From Candidatus Binatia bacterium (GTDB lineage: Bacteria > Desulfobacterota > Binatia > Bin18): a DNA stretch of 38,939 nt. Of this stretch, positions 1 through 10,820 are shown piece after piece. Where the stretch lies: contig CAXXHG010000026.1 of the NCBI GenBank assembly GCA_963666315.2, forward strand, positions 1-38,939, given 5' to 3'. Numbering within the stretch: position 1 is the stretch's first letter; the number at the start of each line of letters is the position of its first letter. The notes under the pieces were generated by a model, which saw only the letters and a program-made list of their open reading frames with translations, made no database searches and was not told the DNA's origin. The position numbers and the translations under genes are program-made.

Positions 1-50
1 GGTTAGGGAACCGGAAGGTTGGAAATTGGTGTCAGTCCCCGAATTCCAAA

Positions 51-123
51 TGGAGATGATCGGGATCGAACCGACGACCTCCGCCTTGCAAGGACGGCGC
101 TCTCCCAACTGAGCTACATCCCC
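51..123 (-). tRNA. tRNA-Ala(TGC)
   Basis: Reverse complement GGGGATGTAGCTCAGTTGGGAGAGCG...TTGCAAG...GGTTCGATCCC...CTCCA forms a cloverleaf with TGC anticodon; located in the rRNA spacer; CCA not encoded. Confidence 0.97.
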
Positions 124-191
124 TGGCACTGTTGCCAACGCGTTTGAACCCGGCCTTTCAAGACCTACCAGCCGTGAACTGTAGTGCAGAA

Positions 192-265
<74 letters not shown>

Positions 266-522
266 GAGTGCCAGAGTTGAAGTTGTGCGGTCATAGACCG
301 CACCTCCATATAATTTGAGGCGGAAAGCGTGCCCGCCGGCCGATACTGAGTCCAACTCGCTATCCCTCACCGAAGTTCGGGAAAACGAGTCCAGCCAAAC
401 GAGCATCTTTGAGCGTCAGGCTCCGACATCTGCGGTTCCGCGAGCGTCGCCGTGTTTGGCGGCTCCGGCAAGCGTCGCCGTGTCGATGCCAAGCGCCTAA
501 ACGCTATCGTGAGACTTTACTC

Positions 523-2050
<1,528 letters not shown>

Positions 2051-2127
2051 GTTTTTGAAAGTCGATACAAATTGGCTTGTTAGACCGAAGACTCAGTTAC
2101 AAATTCGACTTTTAGGCACGATTTCCG

Positions 2128-2140
2128 TTGTCAAAGAGCA
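2128..2140 (-). promoter_or_regulatory. rrn leader boxA antitermination site
   Basis: TGCTCTTTGACAA on the minus strand about 80 nt upstream of 16S; close to the boxA consensus TGCTCTTTAACA. Confidence 0.75.
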
Positions 2141-2293
2141 GAAGGCTCTCAGCCTCAAACCATGCACAAAAACACTTCTCCAACCGGGGTCTTCAAAGGG
2201 TTTTGAGGGGCAAAAAAAGCCGCCGGATGTTGCTGGACGGTTCCATCGCCACCCTATGCACGATGACGCTCAAGTGCACAGGCACAGTTAATA

Positions 2294-2323
2294 ATAATAG
2301 GGGTTTACGGGGGTTGCTGTCAA
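2294..2323 (-). promoter_or_regulatory. sigma70-type rRNA promoter
   Basis: TTGACA-18 nt-TATTAT on the minus strand, upstream of boxA and 16S. Confidence 0.7.
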
Positions 2324-2349
2324 GCTTGATCGCATCTGGATGAAATTCT

Positions 2350-2435
2350 GGGCCAGACGGGTAAATTCCATTTTTCCAACGCATTGCTATTCTATGGGTT
2401 GCAACGGAGAAAAGGGGAATTCACCCGTCTGGCCC
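2350..2435. repeat. REP/MITE-like inverted repeat
   Basis: GGGCCAGACGGGTAAATTCC (2350-2369) and its inverse at 2416-2435 (1 mismatch); related motif GGAAATTGGTGTCAGTCCCC at about 21-40. Confidence 0.7.
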
Positions 2436-2505
2436 CATACTGAAACCCGGCAAACTAGGATGGATCGCGTTCAAGCGCAATATTTGCGCTAGGTCAGGGG
2501 CTCAG

Positions 2506-4053
2506 GTGCTCGACGTTGGCGGGCTGATCGTGTGTCCAGGTTTTATCGATCATCACACCCACTACGACGCCCAAATTTTGTGGGACCCGCTGGCAACGTG
2601 TTCGTCCTGGCATGGGGTGACTTCCATTATTATGGGCAATTGTGGCGTGGGCCTTGCCCCTTGTAAGCCTGAAGATCGAGAATCTCTGGTTGGTGATCTG
2701 GTGAACGTTGAAGGCATGTCGCTGGACGTTTTGCAAAAAGGAGTTGAGTGGTCTTGGGAAAGCTTCGCCGAATACCTGAGTGCGATTGCCGCTCATGGTC
2801 TGGGTATGAATGTTGGCGTCATGCTGCCACTTTCGCCTCTGCGCCAATATGTCCTGGGGGCTGAAAGCAAAGAGCGGGCAGCCACACAAGCGGAAACGCA
2901 GCAGCTGCAAGCACTTTTCCGAGCAGCCATGGACGCGGGTGCATTTGGATTTTCTACCACGGTTCTGCCTCAGCATCTCGGTTTTCAAGGACGGCCTTTA
3001 CCCTGCCGCTTGGCCAGTCGTCATGAGCTGGGTATTTTGGCGAGCAGCCTGAGGGAACTCAGACGCGGCTGCATCGAGATTGCCTTGACCCGCAGCCCCG
3101 GCTCGATCTCAGATGAGGAGTATGATCTGCTGACCTTCCTGCTCACCAAGAGTGAACGGCCTGTGACCTGGTTGGCATTACTGCAAAAGCCCGAAGCACC
3201 GCCCGATGCCTGGAAGGATACGCTCAATCGTGTCATTCCGTTATTCGACCGTGGCTATCTGCCTTTGGGCCAAGTCGCGTGTCATTACAAGAGCGCCCGC
3301 TTTAGTCTCAAACGCCCGTTTATCTTTGGCAATTTTGACTGTTGGCGACAGGTCTTTGACCGACCCTTGGAAGAGCAACGCCGCCTGTATGCTGATCCGG
3401 CCTTTCGTACCGCGTTCCGCGAGGAACTGAAACAACCACGATTGTTTACCGGCCACTGGGACCAAATGAGCGTCTTTACGGTGAATGCCCGACAGCTGGA
3501 ACCGCTGCTGGAGCGAAGCTTGGCAGACCTGGGCCAGGAGCGTGGACAAGATCCGCTGGATCTCTTCTTTGATCTGGCGCTTGAGGACGACCTCGACATG
3601 CAGTTTCTGTTTCAGTTTGGTGATGTGAATCAGGAAATGATTACGCATCCGAACACTCTGGTTGGTTTGTCTGACGGCGGGGCGCATGCCGATATGCGCT
3701 GTGAAGCCGGCTATTCGACGTATTTATTGGGAACCCTTGTTCGGGACCGGAAAATGCTCACACTGGAAGAAGCAATCCGCCGTATTACATCTGTCCCCGC
3801 CCAAGTTTTCGGGGTCCCGCTACGTGGGACTGTGGCTTCGGGCATGATTGCTGATCTTGTTGTATTCGACCCTGATGCCGTTGGGTGTGGTAAGCAGGAA
3901 CCCATCAACGACTTTCCTGGTGGCGGCCTGCGCTATATCGAGAAGGCTAGTGGTATTGCGCATACTATTCTCAATGGACAGATATTGTTCTCAGATGGGG
4001 AACAGACAGGCCCGTTGTCTGGTCGAGTCCTACGATCGAATGTAGAGGCATGA
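2506..4053 (+). CDS. Amidohydrolase (N-acyl-D-amino acid deacylase family), N-terminus missing
   Basis: PGFIDHHTHYD, GNCG and SDGGAH motifs; begins at VLDVGG without the usual N-terminal beta segment or a clear RBS, so probably 5'-truncated. Confidence 0.85.
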   Translation: MLDVGGLIVCPGFIDHHTHYDAQILWDPLATCSSWHGVTSIIMGNCGVGLAPCKPEDRESLVGDLVNVEGMSLDVLQKGVEWSWESFAEYLSAIAAHGLGMNVGVMLPLSPLRQYVLGAESKERAATQAETQQLQALFRAAMDAGAFGFSTTVLPQHLGFQGRPLPCRLASRHELGILASSLRELRRGCIEIALTRSPGSISDEEYDLLTFLLTKSERPVTWLALLQKPEAPPDAWKDTLNRVIPLFDRGYLPLGQVACHYKSARFSLKRPFIFGNFDCWRQVFDRPLEEQRRLYADPAFRTAFREELKQPRLFTGHWDQMSVFTVNARQLEPLLERSLADLGQERGQDPLDLFFDLALEDDLDMQFLFQFGDVNQEMITHPNTLVGLSDGGAHADMRCEAGYSTYLLGTLVRDRKMLTLEEAIRRITSVPAQVFGVPLRGTVASGMIADLVVFDPDAVGCGKQEPINDFPGGGLRYIEKASGIAHTILNGQILFSDGEQTGPLSGRVLRSNVEA

Positions 4054-4088
4054 GCCAGGCGGAAAAACATCTCAGTGAGATTAATCCC

Positions 4089-4119
4089 GTAGGTCAGGTT
4101 AGCGGAGCGTAACCCGACA
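4089..4119. repeat. GTAG-type REP hairpin between convergent genes
   Basis: GTAGGTCAGGTTAGCGGAGCGTAACCCGAC imperfect palindrome. Confidence 0.55.
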
Positions 4120-4139
4120 CTAATCCCTTATGGTTCGAT

Positions 4140-5306
4140 TTAGGCGGACAAAACGTCCAAGTATTTAAACCCCGAACCTGTATTAAACAGGACAACGCGT
4201 TCGTCTTTATTGACTTCGCCACGCTCAAGCAGCGTCTTCAGTGCGGGGAGACAGGCGGCTCCCTCCGGGGCAGGAAAGAGGCCTTCGGCTGAGCCGATCT
4301 CGTACACCGCGCTGAGCAGTTCGCTATCACTGACGCTGATCGCGGTGCCGCTACTTTTACGCAGAATATCGAGCATGATAAAATCGCCAATTGCTTGTGG
4401 TACCCGCAGTCCGGAGGCAATCGTGTGAGGGTAGTCAATAGTAGTGCCTGCGGAGGCGCCAGTCACAAACGCTTCAACAATGGGCGCACAGCCTGCCGCT
4501 TGAACCGTCACCATGCGCGGACGCTTGGAGTCTATCCAACCCAATTGTTCCATTTCCTCAAAGGCTTTCCACATCCCAATCAGTCCGGTCCCCCCACCTG
4601 TGGGGTAAAGAATGACATCCGGTAATTCCCAGCCGAACTGCTCAGCAATTTCATAGCCCATCGTTTTTTTACCCTCGATGCGGTAGGGCTCTTTGAGGGT
4701 TGAGACATCGAACCAGCCTTCTTGTTCTTTGCGTTCGGCTACTATCCGACCACAGTCGGTGATAAGCCCGTCAACCAGGGTGACGTGAGCCCCAGCCTGT
4801 TCACACTCTATCCGATTCGCTAGTGGAACGTCTTTGGGCATAAAGATATGGGCTTCGAGTCCGGCCTGAGCCGCATACGCAGCCAGTGCTCCAGCGGCAT
4901 TCCCGGCCGACGGAACTGCGAGTTTTTTCACGCCCAGTTCTTTCGCCATGGAGACTGCGACCGTCATGCCCCGGGCTTTGAATGATGCCGTAGGATTCAG
5001 TGCTTCGTCTTTGATATACAGCTGCGGCATGCCGAGTCGTTCACCGAGCCGGCGCGTATGGATAAGCGGCGTCCAACCTTCACCAAGACTGACGATGTTT
5101 TCGTCCTGGACAACAGGCAGTACTTCTCGGTAACGCCACAAACTTGAAGGTCGAGTGGGAAGGGCGGCTTTCGTCAATGTTTGTGCCGCACGTTCAAGAT
5201 CATACTGCACGAGCAGCGGCTTGCCGCATTGAGTGCACAGGCTATACAGCCGGTTCGGTGTATAGTGCTCGCCACATGCGGAGCAGGAGAGGCTGGTGAC
5301 ATTCAT
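4140..5306 (-). CDS. thrC: Threonine synthase (PLP fold II)
   Basis: N-terminal CxxC...Cxx[14 protein letters not shown] lysine, SAGNA, PTGGGTG, FNTGSG. Confidence 0.88.
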   Translation of the reverse strand: MNVTSLSCSACGEHYTPNRLYSLCTQCGKPLLVQYDLERAAQTLTKAALPTRPSSLWRYREVLPVVQDENIVSLGEGWTPLIHTRRLGERLGMPQLYIKDEALNPTASFKARGMTVAVSMAKELGVKKLAVPSAGNAAGALAAYAAQAGLEAHIFMPKDVPLANRIECEQAGAHVTLVDGLITDCGRIVAERKEQEGWFDVSTLKEPYRIEGKKTMGYEIAEQFGWELPDVILYPTGGGTGLIGMWKAFEEMEQLGWIDSKRPRMVTVQAAGCAPIVEAFVTGASAGTTIDYPHTIASGLRVPQAIGDFIMLDILRKSSGTAISVSDSELLSAVYEIGSAEGLFPAPEGAACLPALKTLLERGEVNKDERVVLFNTGSGFKYLDVLSA

Positions 5307-5319
5307 GTGGCTGCTCTTT

Positions 5320-5922
5320 TCAACTATGCGCTTTCAGCCACTCCACCGCTTGCACTAACCGATCATTGCCCCAAAACAGCTCACCATTGGTAATAAAGCT
5401 GGGCGCACCGAAAATACCGAGACTGGAAGCTTTTTCGGTTTGTTTTCGCAGACGATCTTTATTCTGCTGCGTTTGGGCACGCTCGACAACAGAGGATGCG
5501 TTCTGTCCTGTGGATTCACGAATTCCAGTCAGAACTTCGGGTGCAGCAATGTCCTGATCTTCAGCAAAATTAGCGCGGAAGACGGCTTTTGTAAACGCGG
5601 GACACCAGTCTTCCGAGGCCGCAATCGTGGCGATCCGCGCAGCGTATAACCCATTCCTTGGGAACTGTCCGCGCTTCTGAAAGGGTAAACCATATTGCCG
5701 GCACAACCGTTCAAGATCGCGCCACATATAGCGGCCCTTCACCGGATAGATGTTGAACGGCGAGTCATCCCAGCCAAATTCTTTAATAAGCGGACCGAGC
5801 AGAAACGGTTTCCACTCCACGTCGATGCCCGCGTCAGCAGCAACCTGCTCGATGCGGCAGACCGACAGATAGGAATACGTACTGGCAAATTCAAACCAGA
5901 ATTGAAGGCTGGGTTGAGGCAT
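5320..5922 (-). CDS. 2-hydroxychromene-2-carboxylate isomerase / kappa-GST (DsbA family)
   Basis: FWFEFASTYSYL, WKPFLLG, GIFGAPSF...ELFWGNDRL. Confidence 0.9.
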   Translation of the reverse strand: MPQPSLQFWFEFASTYSYLSVCRIEQVAADAGIDVEWKPFLLGPLIKEFGWDDSPFNIYPVKGRYMWRDLERLCRQYGLPFQKRGQFPRNGLYAARIATIAASEDWCPAFTKAVFRANFAEDQDIAAPEVLTGIRESTGQNASSVVERAQTQQNKDRLRKQTEKASSLGIFGAPSFITNGELFWGNDRLVQAVEWLKAHS

Positions 5923-5945
5923 GATGTGTCCTTGCAAGCAACACT

Positions 5946-6506
5946 CTATGCCGCTGACTTTGTCGTTGAGAACGGAACGAATTTCTCCTCAAGCGGAATA
6001 GCCAAGGACTCATGGACTTTGTTGGTAAAATTCATGAGTCCAACCACGGCCGCAATCTCGACGACTTCTCCCTCATCAAAGTGTTGACGGAGTTGAGCCA
6101 TGAACTCGTCGCTCACACGGCCCGGCTCGCGCGTCGCCTGCTCGGCAAACTAGAGTGCCAGGCGCTCCGACTCAGAGAGTCCGTCGGCATTCAGCTGAAC
6201 GATATCGTTTATATTATCTTCTCGTAGACCAATGGCGTGCAGCATGCCTCCCGTATGGCCAATGCAGTAAGGACATCCATTCGTGGTGGAGACTTTACAC
6301 GCAACCATGGTTTTGAGTTTGGGATCGACGCTGCCCGTCCCCAATACTGCGTGCGCCAGCTGGGCAAAGGCCATCGCAATTTCCGGGCGGTGACCATACG
6401 TCCGAAAACTATTCGGGACAACACCGAGGGCTTCCTTAAGCATGGCGGCGGCCTCTTTCAGCGGTCCTTGCGTGGATTCAACATCTTGTAATGAAATGCG
6501 TGACAT
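5946..6506 (-). pseudogene. AhpD/carboxymuconolactone decarboxylase family protein with in-frame TAG
   Basis: NGCPYCIGH motif; after TAG (6150-6152) the same frame continues FAEQATREPGRVSDEFMAQLRQHFDEGEVVEIAAVVGLMNFTNK to a stop at 5946. Confidence 0.85.
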
Positions 6507-6692
6507 CTGTCTTCCCTCCTTGCGAAAGTTGGTGGTTCAATCGCACCGCGCCGAGGCTCATCATGAACAGTCAAGTAGGAAAAGCAAGTCTCGGCGTCTG
6601 ACGAAAAGACGCAGACTTGCTATAATCGCACGAGCAGTCTGCATTTTGCTTGCCAGGGAAAAGTATTTTCTGTAGCCGGATGAACACTCCGT

Positions 6693-7367
6693 ATGGGCAC
6701 TCATAAAAAAACGACTCCGTTGCCAGCTCAGCACAGTGTGCATACCGTGCACACTGTGAAGGGAGAGCAAACAAAGCGTAAGCTCATTCGCGTTGCTGCC
6801 GATTTAGCTCTCCGGCAGGGATTTCGTAAGACGAGTCTGGACGAGATTCTGCGTGAGGCAGCAATTCCCAAAGGCTCTCTGTATTTTTATTTCAAGAACA
6901 AAGCTGAACTTGGCCGTGCCGTTATCCAATACCGGAGAGAGACCTTGCTTAAGGCGTTGCGCGGAATTTTCCAAAATTCGGATGCGACCTTGAAGGACCA
7001 GATCAAAGACTGGTTTGCTTTTATGCTGAGTACCCAAGAAACTTCAGCTGGGCCGCTGGGCTGTCCGCTTGGGAATCTGGCTCAAGAGCTGAGTCGCGAG
7101 GACGAAGCCTTTACGCAAGAGGTGGACCTTTTCTTTACCCAAGCCCAAACGATTTTGTCACAACGACTCGCCGAAGTGCAAAAAGAAGGCGCACTTGTAT
7201 CACGACCTCCTGCGGGTGATATTGCACATTTTTTACTCATGGCGTCCCAGGGAGCGTTGCTATTAGTGCGGGTGCGCAACAGCGTTGAGCCGTTGCTCGA
7301 AGCGCGAAAGACTATGCTCACGTTTCTGGATAGTCTCGCGCCCGAGCAACAGGTGGCGCGTGTTTAA
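6693..7367 (+). CDS. TetR family regulator (NemR/LmrA/YxaF-like)
   Basis: HTH QGFRKTSLDEIL...KGSLYFYFKNKAEL and GCPLGNLAQE motif; start may lie further downstream (GTG about 6757). Confidence 0.9.
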   Translation: MGTHKKTTPLPAQHSVHTVHTVKGEQTKRKLIRVAADLALRQGFRKTSLDEILREAAIPKGSLYFYFKNKAELGRAVIQYRRETLLKALRGIFQNSDATLKDQIKDWFAFMLSTQETSAGPLGCPLGNLAQELSREDEAFTQEVDLFFTQAQTILSQRLAEVQKEGALVSRPPAGDIAHFLLMASQGALLLVRVRNSVEPLLEARKTMLTFLDSLAPEQQVARV

Positions 7368-8038
7368 CTCAGTCCCTGAAGATTCTCCAGAATATCCCCC
7401 GGCTCCAGGCGGGTGGTATAATCCGCGTCTACATAAGCCAGCTTAATGGTCCCGTCTGTCCCAATGACATAGGTCCCGGGAATCGGTAGCTCCCAGGCAT
7501 CGTCGCCGTTATATTCGGGCAGCTTGATTCCGAACGCCCCCATCGTGGCTTGCAACTCATCCACGAGTCGGAACGCCAAGCCGAATTGCCTGGCCACGAC
7601 GTTGCCCACGTCGCTGAGGACTTCAAATTTCAGGTCGTTCTTCTCTGTGACGCTCAGCGAGCTATCCGGTGTTTGCGGAGAAATAGCGATCAACGTTGCC
7701 CCCTGGGCTTGCATCTCCGCCAGATGTTTTTGGTATGCCTGCAACTGCAGGTTACAGTACGGTCACCACGCGCCTCGATAAAAGGCGACCACGGCGGGTC
7801 CTTTGGCCAGGATGTCTGAGAGCGACACGGACTCTCCGCGCACATTGGGTAAAGTGAAATCGGGCGCTTTGTCTCCGACCTTCAAGGCTTTGTCGGCAAT
7901 GCCGGACTTTACCTGCTCCTCTGTTGTTCGCAGCAGAACCTCAAGAGACTCTTTGGGAATCTTGGGCAGATTTTCTTTTTGAAATGCTGCGATTTGTTGT
8001 TTGAGCTCGTTATTGAGCCCTGCTTCTTGACCGCTCAT
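7364..8038 (-). CDS. Peroxiredoxin-like AhpC/TSA selenoprotein (UxxC)
   Basis: ORFs 7763..8113 and 7364..7744 are in one frame joined by TGA at 7763-7765: FYRGAW-U-PYC-NLQL; RBS AGGAGAG before ATG 8038; SECIS-like hairpin 11 nt after TGA. Confidence 0.9.
7733..7762 (-). promoter_or_regulatory. Bacterial SECIS-like hairpin
   Basis: UGA + 11 nt + CCUGC-AGUU-GCAGG stem-loop, with a possible lower stem. Confidence 0.7.
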
Positions 8039-8068
8039 ACACACTCTCCTTTCTGAAAAGAATGACAC

Positions 8069-8084
8069 TAGACCACATGGTCTA
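8069..8084. promoter_or_regulatory. TetR/NemR-type operator 1
   Basis: TAGACCACATGGTCTA palindrome directly after the -10 of the minus-strand promoter. Confidence 0.75.
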
Positions 8085-8113
8085 TGAATATGGATAGTCT
8101 TGTGGTGAGTCAA
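8085..8113 (-). promoter_or_regulatory. sigma70 promoter for the peroxiredoxin gene
   Basis: TTGACT-17 nt-TATTCA on the minus strand. Confidence 0.55.
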
Positions 8114-8185
8114 CTAGAGAAACGCTACAGTCCGAGAATATGAGAAATTTTTCTGGGAACTCTTGACGCGAGTTGTGGATTTTGC

Positions 8186-8207
8186 CAGTAGACCATATGG
8201 TCTACTG
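8186..8207. promoter_or_regulatory. TetR/NemR-type operator 2
   Basis: Perfect 22-bp palindrome CAGTAGACCATATGGTCTACTG with the same core as operator 1. Confidence 0.75.
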
Positions 8208-8270
8208 AGATGAATTAGTTACTGGCGTGACGGAACACTTGTGAACGGTAAGACAGCGAAGAGCTCCGCC

Positions 8271-8411
8271 TTATTGCCGAACATGGTGTATGTGATTGAT
8301 CGCGACGGAACAATTGCCTACAAAGCTACTTGGACGTTGGCGGATAAGATCGACCAGGTAGTCGGGGCGATGATGACTGAAAAGCCAACGCAGGAGCCAC
8401 TGTCCGTGTAA
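8271..8411 (+). pseudogene. C-terminal remnant of a thioredoxin-fold (deiodinase-like/redoxin) protein
   Basis: LLPNMVYVIDRDGTIAYKATWTLADKID...; cis-Pro/beta-hairpin end of a redoxin fold; no upstream coding continuity. Confidence 0.55.
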
Positions 8412-8419
8412 ACCGGTTT

Positions 8420-9088
8420 ATGTCTCGTAACCAACCTCCGAAACTCTACCTCGCCGGACCGGAAGTCTTTCGGCCGGATGCTACTCAGGACGCGCAAAGA
8501 CAACGAGAGTTATGCGAGCAGTACGGTTTTACTGGCTTACATCCCATGGACAACAATGTGGATCTTGGGGACAGTTCGATGCGTACGGCTACGAAGATCT
8601 ATCGGAGCGATATCGGTCAAATCCGGGTCTGCGACATTATTGTTGCCAACTGCAACGCTTTTCGAGGTGCACTGATTGATGACGGCACTGCGTACGAGCT
8701 GGGGTATGGCAACGCGCTGGGTAAACCCACGTATAGTTATATTGAGCGTCTAATCCCTGCCACAGAGTACACAAAGAGCCGCTGCAGCTTTACAATCTTG
8801 GCGGACGGACGACAGGTCGATGAAGATGGGTTTGTGTTGGTTGACGATTTCGGTACATCCATCAATCTCATGATGCAGTGCGGCATGCTCGACAGTGGCG
8901 GGCGTTTGGTTGAAGGCGATTTTGAGGCGTGTTTGAAAGCGGTTCGGCAGGACTTGGATAATGAGGTGCTCTGCCTGTCCGCTTCGCTCCAAACTGTGAG
9001 AAGCGAATGGCACGCGGCTCTGAGAAACCCACCCCGGCGCTCCGCGCCACCCCTCCGTAGGAAGGGATTTTTTCTGCTCATTCCATAA
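8420..9088 (+). CDS. Nucleoside 2-deoxyribosyltransferase family protein
   Basis: KLYLAGPEVF, DIIVANCNAFRG, DDGTAYELGY...GKP, FGTSINLMM; the C-terminal tail runs into a REP-like repeat. Confidence 0.88.
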   Translation: MSRNQPPKLYLAGPEVFRPDATQDAQRQRELCEQYGFTGLHPMDNNVDLGDSSMRTATKIYRSDIGQIRVCDIIVANCNAFRGALIDDGTAYELGYGNALGKPTYSYIERLIPATEYTKSRCSFTILADGRQVDEDGFVLVDDFGTSINLMMQCGMLDSGGRLVEGDFEACLKAVRQDLDNEVLCLSASLQTVRSEWHAALRNPPRRSAPPLRRKGFFLLIP

Positions 9089-9093
9089 ACGTT

Positions 9094-9909
9094 CTAGCCT
9101 ACCGTGCCCTGCGTGTACTCGCGGGTTTCCTCGCGTTGGGGATCGGCGAAGAGGACGTTTGTAGGACCGGCTTCGATCAGTTCCCCGTAGCCGTTGGTGT
9201 TCCAGAATAGCGCTGCGTAATCGCTCAGCCGACGTGCCTGCTGGAGGTTGTGGGTCACGATTACGACAGTGAAACGCTGGGCTAACTCGCGGGTGAGTTC
9301 TTCGATCTGCGCGCTGGCGCGTGGGTCGAGTGCGCTGCAGGGTTCGTCCATGAGCAGCACTTCGGGCTGTAAGGCAATGGCCCGGGCGATGCACAGGCGT
9401 TGCTGCTGCCCTCCGGACAAAGTCACACCCGACGTGTTCAGTTTGTCCTTGACCTCATCCCACAACCCGACTGCCTGTAGGCTGTGTTCAACGACCTCGG
9501 TTCGCACCGCAGGATCGGTAATGCCATGATGATCCAAAGCGAGTGCGATATTGCGTTCAATTGATAGGGGAAAGGGATTCGGCTTCTGGAAAATCATGCC
9601 AATGCGGCGCCGGATTGTGGTGACGTTTATGCCGCTCTCAAGAATGTCTTCGCCGTCCAGCAATATTTTGCCGCTCACCTGGGCCTCAGGAACCAAGTCC
9701 AGCAAACGGTTGAGTGCCATGAGAAAGCTGGATTTGCCGCATCCGGACGGACCGATAATGGCCGTCACACAGCCTTTATGAAGAGGCAGAGAAATATCGT
9801 GCAAGACCAGGTGGTCTCTATAACGAATAGACACTGCCTGTGCTTCAAGTTTGGTGATAGCCACACAACAGTCTGACTTTTCTATACGCACCCGATTGGT
9901 TTTCGTCAT
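9094..9909 (-). CDS. pstB: Phosphate-type ABC transporter ATPase
   Basis: GPSGCGKS, FQKPNPFP, LSGGQQQRLCIARA, DEPCSALDP. Confidence 0.92.
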   Translation of the reverse strand: MTKTNRVRIEKSDCCVAITKLEAQAVSIRYRDHLVLHDISLPLHKGCVTAIIGPSGCGKSSFLMALNRLLDLVPEAQVSGKILLDGEDILESGINVTTIRRRIGMIFQKPNPFPLSIERNIALALDHHGITDPAVRTEVVEHSLQAVGLWDEVKDKLNTSGVTLSGGQQQRLCIARAIALQPEVLLMDEPCSALDPRASAQIEELTRELAQRFTVVIVTHNLQQARRLSDYAALFWNTNGYGELIEAGPTNVLFADPQREETREYTQGTVG

Positions 9910-9923
9910 TACCCTTGTCCTCT

Positions 9924-10820
9924 TTAGAGTTGGACGAGGCGGTGTTTGAATTGCCGAGTGAGAAGAACGGCGCCAGCGTTAATCAACAAGAGCAGACCCA
10001 CCAGAACAAGCGCCGAGGCATACGCTCGGTCTTGCCCGCCGGGCACTTCTATGGCCAACAAGTAAATGTGGTAAGAAAGAGCACGTGCGGAATCGAATAC
10101 CGACTCCGGCATACGCATGGCTGCGCCGGCGGTAAACAATAAGGCTGCGGTCTCTGCTAAGGCGCGGCCGATGCTTAAGATGAGTCCGGCGGTAATGCCT
10201 GGTGCTGCACATGGCAGGCTGAGGTGCCACAGTTGTGCCCATTTTGATAAACCCAGTGCGGCAGCACCCTGACGCAGCGTCAACGGTACGGCTCGAAAAC
10301 TTTGTTCTGATGTCCGTACGAACAGCGGCAGGATCATGCATGCCAGCGTCATCCCACCTGAAAGAATAGACCAGCCCCAGCCCAGAAACTGTCCGAAAAA
10401 GGCCAACCCGAACAAACCGAATATAATAGACGGAACCCCGGCAAGCACGTCGAGGCTGCGGCGTACAAAACGCCCGAAAGGGGTATCCGTGCGTGTTCCC
10501 TCGGCAAGCAGCAGCGCGCTTCCCAGACCAATCGGTAAGGCAGTGCCGAGTGCAACCCCGAGCAGGGCCAGGGTACCGACCAATATGGTCGAAATGCCAC
10601 CTGCCCGCCCAGCATCTTCAGGCGGCAGCAAAAGAAAATCGAAAGACAACTCATGCATGCCACGAAGCATGAGATCGCCCAGCATCCAGGCAAATAGTCC
10701 GACAATACAAAGCGCCACACTCCACAGCGCTCCGGCAACACACGCTTCCCGCCAGGCAGGCTGCGCTTGGATCCCTGTTGAAGGGAATAATGCCGCTGGC
10801 TGCGATATGGCCTCAGGCAT
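9924..10820 (-). CDS. pstA: Phosphate-type ABC permease PstA
   Basis: LAGVPSIIFGLFG, GRALAETAALLFT; ATG overlaps the pstC stop. Confidence 0.9.
   Translation of the reverse strand: MPEAISQPAALFPSTGIQAQPAWREACVAGALWSVALCIVGLFAWMLGDLMLRGMHELSFDFLLLPPEDAGRAGGISTILVGTLALLGVALGTALPIGLGSALLLAEGTRTDTPFGRFVRRSLDVLAGVPSIIFGLFGLAFFGQFLGWGWSILSGGMTLACMILPLFVRTSEQSFRAVPLTLRQGAAALGLSKWAQLWHLSLPCAAPGITAGLILSIGRALAETAALLFTAGAAMRMPESVFDSARALSYHIYLLAIEVPGGQDRAYASALVLVGLLLLINAGAVLLTRQFKHRLVQL

Noticed and set aside
410-497. Imperfect short repeats (AGCGTCGCCGTGT x2) in the rRNA spacer
   Set aside because: They are too short and degenerate, and consistent with ordinary spacer structure.
6150-6152. Pyrrolysine at the AhpD TAG
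   Set aside because: The position is non-catalytic, the family is not a known Pyl family, there are no pyl genes in the window, and TAG serves as a normal stop nearby.
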